Assembly: GCA_054660715.1 (NCBI GenBank)
Contig: BAAGDD010003710.1
Coordinates: 87,001 to 119,000 of the forward strand
DNA: 32,000 nt
Direction: 5' to 3'
DNA from: Chrysotila carterae
Lineage: Eukaryota
Shown here: positions 20,401 to 29,400 of the stretch, piece after piece
Numbering within the stretch: position 1 is the stretch's first letter
Layout of the letters: every line of letters begins with the position of its first letter
Program-made: the position numbers and the translations under genes
The notes under the pieces: model-generated
What the model saw: the letters and a program-made list of their open reading frames with translations, nothing else
Databases searched by the model: none
Told to the model about the DNA's origin: nothing

Positions 20401-23400
20401 GGATCCATGGCTGCAGCCTCCGCAGGTGAAATGGCGAAGGCCGCACTATCCGCAAGCTCAGCCCCGTGGACGAAGCCGCCATACCGCATGCGGCTGGCTG
20501 CGGGCTCAGGCAATGCAGGAGCAGCCGACAGGTCCCATCGCGTCCGAGGCACCTCCTCAATCGCGTCGGCTGCAGCAGCCACCAGATGCCACGCGGAAAG
20601 CGTCGTCGCTGCTCCTCCAGGCAACCGAGCACTAAGACCAGCAGCAGCAGCCGCAGCACCCAGCTCCAGTTGAGGCGGCCTTCCCAACGTGCGCTCCACA
20701 TCAGCTCCGGCGAGGGCTTCTGCGCTGACGCTGGTAGATGGAACGAGCGCAGCTGCCAGTTGCCGCGCGGTCGGGTGATCAAAGATGAGCGTGCTCGGCA
20801 GGGTCACGCTGTCGCCGGCTGCGCGCTGCAGGATGTTCCGCAACTCGACCGCGCCAAGCGAGTCGATCCCCGCCTCCATCAAGGGCGCATCCGCATCAAG
20901 TGTAGAGCCCGCAACCTGCTGAGCTGCTTGTAGTACTGCGTTAAACGAAAGTGCCGCTGGTTCCATCTCTTCTGTTCGGCTGGCACGAGCCGCTGCGTTG
21001 CTGGGCGCAGCCTGCACGGGCAAGCCAACGTCGGTAAGAAATGGTGGCGCGCGCTGGACTCCTTGAAGCACGCGCCTCCAGTCAATGGGAGCCATGCCCA
21101 GCACTGATGGCGAGCTCGGCTGCAGCGCGGCACCAAGAGCAACGAGCCCTCGAGCCAGACTGATTCGACCAAAGCCCGAGGCAGCTTCCATTGCTTCGAG
21201 GCGCTTAGCTGCTTCACCACGAGCAGCCATACCGACCTCGGCCCACGGACCCCACTGCACGCTGACACAAGCCTGCCCCCGCGACCGAGTATGTGCAGCG
21301 AGCGCATCGAGGCTGGAGTTGGCAGCACTATAATTTGCTTGTCCGGCACCGCCAAGTAACGCCGCCACTGAGGAAAAGAGCACGCAAGCGCGCAGCTCAT
21401 GCGAATTGCACGCAGCGCGCAGTGTAACTGCTCCGTCCGCCTTCGGTGCGTGCACGGAACGGAGAGCGCCGTCGGTCTGCTTCGAAAGCACGCCGTCCGC
21501 CAGCACCCCTGCCGAGTGCCACACGCCTCGTAGCGGCAGCAGCTCGTTCCGAAGCACGCTGAAAAGGCTGCGGGCCTCGCTCGTCTCTGACGCATCGCAC
21601 CGCACCACAAAGCCAACCGCATCACTCGCGCGAATGCGAGGCCATTCATCGCGCGCACTGCCGGTGAGCACGCCCGATCGAGATGCTAGCACCACCTCCG
21701 ACGAGCCGCGGCAAGCAAGCCAGCGAGACGTGAGCAGCCCGAGACCACTAAGGCCACCCAACACGACATGTGCACCGGACGCAGCAGACTTGGACTCACT
21801 CCGCGCCGTGCCAACGCGCAACACCACCTTCCCAATGTTGCGCCCGCTCTGGAGAAACCGGAACGCGGCCTCAAACTGCGTTTCAAGGTCGAAGCTGCTC
21901 AGCGGCAAGCTGCTCGTCACTCCCAAGTGCGCACGGCGAGACAGCAGCTTCAACACGGAGTGCATCCAGACGGGGCAAGCAGCCATGTCGGCGTCCAGAG
22001 CAATCGCGCGATACGACACCGATGGTGCTGCGGCGCTGCAGCGCAAGTCCGCCCAGATCGCCCTCTTCCCTATCTCACCGAAGCACGCTTGCTCGCCAAG
22101 CACCGCAAATGAAGCCGAGATGAAGTCTCCCGAAAGGCTGTTCAGCGCCGCGCGCGCACGAGTCGCACACAATATCGTAGCAAGCCCTCGCCCACACGCA
22201 GCGCCATCGCGAGAGCTGCACAAAGCCCCGACACCTCCTGACCGTAGCAACTCGTGCTTGGCTGGCCGGCCGGCGCTGCCGATGCACTGAGAATGCAGCC
22301 AGTGCGCGTACTCGACAGCCTTGAGACCGACACCGCCCGCAGCAGCCTGGACGATGATCAGATCTGAAGCCCGCATTGACGAGCGCTCCAGAGCCACGTG
22401 CACAGTGCTCCACGTGACTGGCAGCGTAGACGCCTCCTCGAAGGAGAGCGCTGATGGCTTCCGTGCGAGTAGCAGGGAGCTGCTCAATGCAAAGCAAGCG
22501 AGCGGCGCGCTGCCGATTCCAAACATCGCATCACCAGCCGAGTATTGGCATGGACGCGCAGCCGTCTCAATCTCGCCAGCACAGTCCGCGCCAGGCGGTC
22601 CTGGATCGCCCGGGTACTCTCCAAGAACATTGAGCACGTCTCGAAAGTTAAGACCTACTGCACGCACGCGGAGTACGACAAAGCCCGCAGCAGGAGCATC
22701 GGGCTTGACCTGCGGCTCGAGGCGCAGATTGCTGATGGCCCCGCGCCCACGCAACTCAAGCCGCACTGCGCCAACCGGCGCAGGCCGCAGCGGAGCCAAG
22801 CGGCTCACCAAGCAGGCCTGCCGCCCACAAACAAATTCGAACTCTCCCGCAGCGATCTCCTCTCCTCGTGAAGCGACGAATGACAACAGCGACGCAGGGA
22901 GCGACCAACAGTCTCTCAGATCTGCACAGATCAACGGCAGCTGTGCCTCTGCGCGCGCCGAGCGCGCAAAGCCCCACAGGCCTCCGTGCGTCGGATCCGA
23001 CGCGCACGAGCCAGCAGTCTGCTGCACTCCGCGGCACAAGAGCCACACGGCAGGCGGGCTTGGCGTGAGTGCCTGGCGCTGTACTAAGGCGAGCACGCTG
23101 CTGAGGACCGAGAGCGAGCTTGCACGCGCTTGACACAGACCGGACGCAACGGCGACCGCCGTCCAGCTGCCGAGAGCGGCGGGCATCATGGACCGTCGAG
23201 CGCCCGCATCGACGCCGCCACCTGCTGCTCCCACATGGCTTCGCGAGGTGCAGCCGAGCAGCAGCACGCAGGCCGCGGCTGACGTCTCCGGGACGAAAGT
23301 CGAAGGCCTCCAGTCAGTGGCGTACAGGTGCTCGACGACCGCCGCGGCGCTCTTGAGACTGCGCACCTTGAAGCCGGAAAGCTGCGCACCAGACGAGCCT

Positions 23401-26400
23401 CGAAGACCGCCGAGCCGCACCGACATCGCGTCGGCGCCGGTCGCTGCGACCACCTGCGTGCGCACATCCGCACACGCCATCCGCGTTATTCGCAAAGACA
23501 CCGACACAAGAAGTAGCGCTCCATCGACATGCTATTCACATGCATGCTGCAAGCAACGCGAGGGGCGTCACGGGCGCACCGTCCACAGCTCTCCAGCAGC
23601 ATCACCAAGCACTGCAGTGTCGACCGCAAACGGCAAGCGCGTCTCGCTGCTGCCATCGCCGGCTCGGCCTGCACTGCTGCGGCTCATCGCAAGCATCGTC
23701 AGCTGCAGTGCGCCATCGAGGTCCGCAGGGTGCACGCAGGTACCTTCGCGACGTGCGCGCGGTCGCAGTCTCGCGACTGCGGAGCCCGCAGAGCTGCGAG
23801 CAGCCCACAACTGCGTCAGCACCTGGAACGCCTGTCCGTACTCGAGACCGAGGGAGTGGAACGCGGCGTACACGACACGCGGCGCGACCGCGTGCGCGCC
23901 TCGACAGGCACGCGACCAAGCGCTCAGTGGACACACACTCAATACGTCTGCACGTGCCGCCGCCATGGTGCCAGTGCAATGGACGGTGGCTTCGGAGAGC
24001 GCATCTGCCTCAAGGACGCCGCTGCGCAGCTCAAATCGGCCGTCGACCGCTTCGCACTCAAGGTACTTGCCATCGGAAACCACAAAGGGCTGCAGGAAGA
24101 AAACGCCACTGAGACTCGCTCTGGCGCTGCCGTCGCCAAAAGGCGACCTCGCGTCTGTGCTTTGGCCGGCGGAGTAGAGCGCACGCGCCGTTTCCAAGTA
24201 GCCTGCGCCGGGGAAGACCACCTGGCCCGACAATATGTGATCATGGACCAGCGAAAACAGCTGACCGGCGCATGCGGATCGGTAACACATCGTTTCTGGC
24301 TGCGCCGCCACCTCAAGCCTTGTTTGCAGGGCTGGATGGGCTTCTTGCACCCATGGGAGACGTGCGCGCAGAAAGCGCACCTCGAAGACGCTAGACGCAG
24401 CATCGAAGCTTCTTGGGAATGGCGAGGAATCGTGCGAGCGAAGCAAGGCGTGCGCAATGGTTCCACTGTAGCCAAACGAGCTGAGGCCACACACGTCCAT
24501 AGCACCATCGGCCTGAGTGGTCTGGGTGGGAAGCAGGAAGGCCGCGGCCGCCTTTCCAAACCTCTCGCCAATGAGCTCGTTGAGCTCTCGCAGCTGTGAG
24601 TTTGGCGAGCACAGACGATTCGCGAGCTGCGACTGCACCCTCAGCAACCCAACCTGCCCCGACGCTGCCTCAGCGTGGCCAACGTTCGCCTTGCACGCAC
24701 CGACCGACAGTGCAAACGCGCGCGCGCGCGCGCCGTAGACTGCTTGCATCGATCCTGCCTCGGTCGGATCTCCAAGCGCCGTGCCGGTGCCGTGCGCCTC
24801 GATGCTCGCCACCTGCTCAGCCGCCAGCGCGGCACGACCGAGCGCTGCGAGCAGCAGCGTGCGCTGTGCCGAGCCATTGGGCGCTGTGAGACTAGCAGAG
24901 CGGCCGTCCTGCCGCACCGCACTGCCGCAGAGCTGCAGCGCGGCCGGAGCGCTCGCAAGGAGCGTTGCGGCGCCGACGGCCTCAGACCGCACGTAGCCGT
25001 TCGCGCGCGCATCCAGCGTCTTGCAGCGACCATCGGCAGACAGCATGCCGGCAGCAGCAGCGCCGAGCGTCGACTGCGGAGACAGCTTGAGGCTCACCGC
25101 CAGCGCCAATGCCTTGCCGCACTCGTCGCCACTGACTGCAAGTGACGCGGCGTGCAGCGCCACAAGTGCAGATGCGCACGCCGTGTCGATGCTCGCACAC
25201 GGCCCGTGCAGCCCAAGGGCGAACGACAGCCGACCAGCCGCAACAGACACATTGTCGCCCGTCACTGCGTACACTGAGCTACGAGCCGCGGCCGACTGCA
25301 CCTGCGCCCAGTCGGGCCGCTCGATACCGAGGAAGACGCCCGCGTCGCCTCCGCTCAGCACGGCGCGTCGTTGCCCGGCGCCATGGAGCGCTTCATACCC
25401 GACCTCCAGCAAAAGGCGCTGCTGAGGATCGATCGCAGCCGCCTCAGCAGGAGACACACCGAACGCGCCGTTGTCAAACCACTGCGCACCGTCCACGAAG
25501 CCGCCGTGACGCACGCACAACGCCTGCGTCTCGCTCAGAGTGTGCACGTCGACCAGCGTCTCCAGTCTCCAGCGAGATGACGGCACACCGCTGACCGCAT
25601 CGCCCGAGGCGCACAACAGCAGCCAGCGTGGAACAGAACGCGCGCAGCCGCCCGGCCAGCGGCCCGACACACCCGACACCGATGGCACGCGCGAACCGTC
25701 GGGCAGCGCGCGTACGGCCACCGCTGCAGGCGCCGGCTGCTCGCTGGCCGCCGAGACAAGCTCCAGCAAGTGCAGCGCGATCGCGCGCGCCGTAGGGTAC
25801 TCAAAGATAAGCGTCGGCGAGAGCGGCGCACCCGTGAGAGAGCGGAGCCGCGACGAGAACTCGGTGGCTGCGAGAGAATCGATCCCCGCTTGCATCAATG
25901 GCGTCTCGGCGCTAATGGGCTCCGACTGCGCGCCCGCAAGATCGCTAAGCGTGCTTACCACCATGGCCTCAACTCGGCTCTGGTGCTGTGCACGTGGTAT
26001 CGACTCCAACGTTTGCTCTAAAGCTGTGCGCGTCTTGCGCTCTGGTACGGTGGTTGCTAGTCTTTGGCCTCGATCATCCCGCTCAAAGTCGGCCACAGCA
26101 CTGATTGCAGCCAGCCCAAGCCGCTGCTCAAATGCGCGGCTCAAGGGTGCGCGAACTGCTCTCGGTCTGCTTGCAGCCAGTGCAGGCGCAAGCGTGGCCC
26201 ACAGTGCCTGGGCAAAGTGGTCCAAGCTGATCGCACCACCAGCTTCAAGCTGCTTAGCATCAAAGGTCGCAGCGCCCATCCCCGCACCAGCAACAGCAGG
26301 TATGCCTATGCTTGCTCCGACAATACCGTGTGCGCAGCGAGTTTCGGCAAGCGAGTCCAAGCAGCTGTTGGCGGCAGCATAGCTGGCCTGGCCGACGTTG

Positions 26401-29400
26401 CCCAAGAGTGAGGCAATGCTCGAGAAAAGTACGAGTGACTCCAACGGCCTGTGCGCAAGTGAGTGGTGCAGGCACGACGCGCCTGCTGCCTTGGGGAAGG
26501 AGACCGCGCGTAGGTCTGCTGCGCTCACGGAGCGGAGCAGCTTGTCCCGCAGCACTCCAGCTGCATGCAGCACGCATACTAGGTCTCTACCGGCTGCAAG
26601 CAAGAGAGAACGAGTATCCTCGCGGTCACCCAGATGAGTCGGGATCAGCTGGACACGCACTTGTGGTAGCTTGAGCAAGGCGTCGAGTTGAGGCTGCAGC
26701 CCCTGTCCGTCTCGAGTGATCTGCACGCTACGCGAGCTCAGAATCACCGTGGCCGCCCCGAGCTCTGACAACAGCGAGGCCGCTCGAAGTCCAAGCCCCC
26801 CTAGGCCGCCCGTCAGCACGAAGGTCGACTTGTACGCCGCAAGCACCGCTGGCTCGTGACTTGACGCGCTGAGCATACTCACTGGACAGCGCCTCAACCG
26901 CATCACGCGCACTCGTGCCGCAGCGTTCATCGACAACTCAGCCTCTCTCGTGTCTTGAGACGGTGAGGACGCGGACATCATGCCCACCTGGCGCGAAGCT
27001 GCAAGCACTGCCTCAATGCCGGCGCCGCGAGGTGCATCGGCCGTCAGTACACGCAACGCTGGATACTCCAGCCGAAGCACGCGCGACATGCCCCAAAGAC
27101 CACTGTGCGAGGCGCCAGAAGCTGCGCCAGGCACATCCAAGGCTGTGTAGTGTGCTGAACGCGTCAGGAGCAGCATGCATATTGGCTGCTGTGTCGAACC
27201 CATGAATGCCCTCGTCAAGAGCACAGCGTAATGCAGAGAAGCCAGCGCGAAGTGAAGGGACGGAGCCTCTTCGTGCAGGAATGACAGTGCGCAGCACGCA
27301 TCGCGATGCAGGTGCTGCGCGCCCATCGACGGCTTGGCAAGACGAGACGCCTGTGCAAAGCTAGGTTGGATGACGAGCCACGAAACTGATGATCCCTGCG
27401 TAGAGCGCAGACGGGCGATGCCCACCCAACTGGTCGAATAAATTCCAACACGATGTGGCGCAAGGTCTGAAGAAGCATCAGCTGCACCTACCGACCACGA
27501 GAAGCGGTGTCGCCTGTACCGCAGCTGGCGCGATTCGGAAAGTCTTGCCGATCCTCCAGAGAAGTTTGAGGGAGCTCTAAATACCAAATGAGCAATGGTT
27601 CCACTGTAACCAAACGAGCTGAGGCCACACACGTCCATAGCACCATCGGCCTGAGTGGTCTGGGTGGGAAGCAGGAACGCCGCGGCCGCCTTTCCAAACC
27701 TCTCGCCAATGAGCTCGTTGAGCTCTCGCAGCTGTGAGTTTGGCGAGCACAGACGATTCGCGAGCTGCGACTGCACCCTCAGCAGCCCAACCTGCCCTGA
27801 CGCTGCCTCAGCGTGGCCAACGTTCGCCTTGCACGCACCGACCGACAGTGCAAACGCGCGCGCGCGCGCGCCGTAGACTGCTTGCATCGATCCTGCCTCG
27901 GTCGGATCTCCAAGCGCCGTGCCGGTGCCGTGCGCCTCGATGCTCGCCACCTGCTCAGCCGCCAGCGCGGCACGACCGAGCGCTGCGAGCAGCAGCGTGC
28001 GCTGTGCCGAGCCATTGGGCGCTGTGAGACTAGCAGAGCGGCCGTCCTGCCGCACCGCACTGCCGCAGAGCTGCAGCGCGGCCGGAGCGCTCGCAAGGAG
28101 CGTTGCGGCGCCGACGGCCTCAGACCGCACGTAGCCGTTCGCGCGCGCATCCAGCGTCTTGCAGCGACCATCGACAGACAGCATGCCGGCAGCAGCAGCG
28201 CCGAGCGTCGACTGCGGAGACAGCTTGAGGCTCACCGCCAGCGCCAATGCCTTGCCGCACTCGTCGCCACTGACTGCAAGTGACGCGGCGTGCAGCGCCA
28301 CAAGTGCAGATGCGCACGCCGTGTCGATGCTCGCACACGGCCCGTGCAGCCCAAGGGCGAACGACAGCCGACCAGCCGCAACAGACACATTGTCGCCCGT
28401 CACTGCGTACACTGAGCTACGAGCCGCGGCCGACTGCACCTGCGCCCAGTCGGGCCGCTCGATACCGAGGAAGACGCCCGCGTCGCCTCCGCTCAGCACG
28501 GCGCGTCGTTGCCCGGCGCCATGGAGCGCTTCATACCCGACCTCCAGCAAAAGGCGCTGCTGAGGATCGATCGCAGCCGCCTCAGCAGGGGACACACCGA
28601 ACGCGCCGTTGTCGAACCACTGCGCACCGTCCACGAAGCCGCCGTGACGCACGCACAACGCCTGCGTCTCGCTCAGAGTGTGCACGTCGACCAGCGTCTC
28701 CAGTCTCCAGCGAGATGACGGCACACCGCTGACCGCGTCGCCCGAGGCGCACAACAGCAGCCAGCGTGGAACAGAACGCGCGCAGCCGCCCGGCCAGCGG
28801 CCCGACACACCCGTCACCGATGGCACGCGCGAACCGTCGGGCAGCGCGTGTACGGCCACCGCTGCAGGCGCCGGCTGCTCGCTGGCCGCCGAGACAAGCT
28901 CCAGCAAGTGCAGCGCGATCGCGCGTGCCGTAGGGTACTCGAAAATGAGCGTCGGCGAGAGCGGCGCGCCCGTGAGAGAGCGGAGCCGCGACGAGAACTC
29001 GGTGGCTGCGAGAGAATCGATCCCCGCTTGCATCAGTGGCGTCTCGGCGCTGATGGGCTCCGACTGCGCGCCCGCAAGATCGCGAAGTGTGCTGAGTACC
29101 ATCGATTCCACATGCGTGCGCTGCTGTACTAATGTTTTTGACACCAGCTGGCGTGCAAAAGGCAGCTTGAGAGTCTGTGCATCAACTTCCCCAGGCCGCT
29201 CCACGGCCATCGTCGCGTACCGTAGCTCTGTCAATCGAGCCTGGAGCTGGTCGGCAGTGTCGTCAAGAAAGCCGCGAATTCGGACATGATGGACCATCTG
29301 CAGGACGGGCGCATCAGCGTTTACAGCTGACACGAGTCGCCGAAGCTGAACCAAGTACTGCTGCAGCGATATAGACATTGACCCAACGAAGCGACTGCTG

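Larger units (their letters stand above)
24455..27507. repeat. Near-identical about 3.05 kb duplicated block (KR2-ACP2-KS3), partner of 12218-15270
   Basis: See partner; occasional single-base differences, e.g. accatcgacag versus accatcggcag near 12789/25026. Confidence 0.9.

Noticed and set aside
18459-23567. Interpretation of the PKS as three separate proteins, or as a pseudogene with stop codons
   Set aside because: All three ORFs share one frame, the gaps fall at the identical point inside a DH fold, the downstream ORFs have no ATG at their start, and GT-AG splicing restores domain continuity. Not formally excluded without RNA data.
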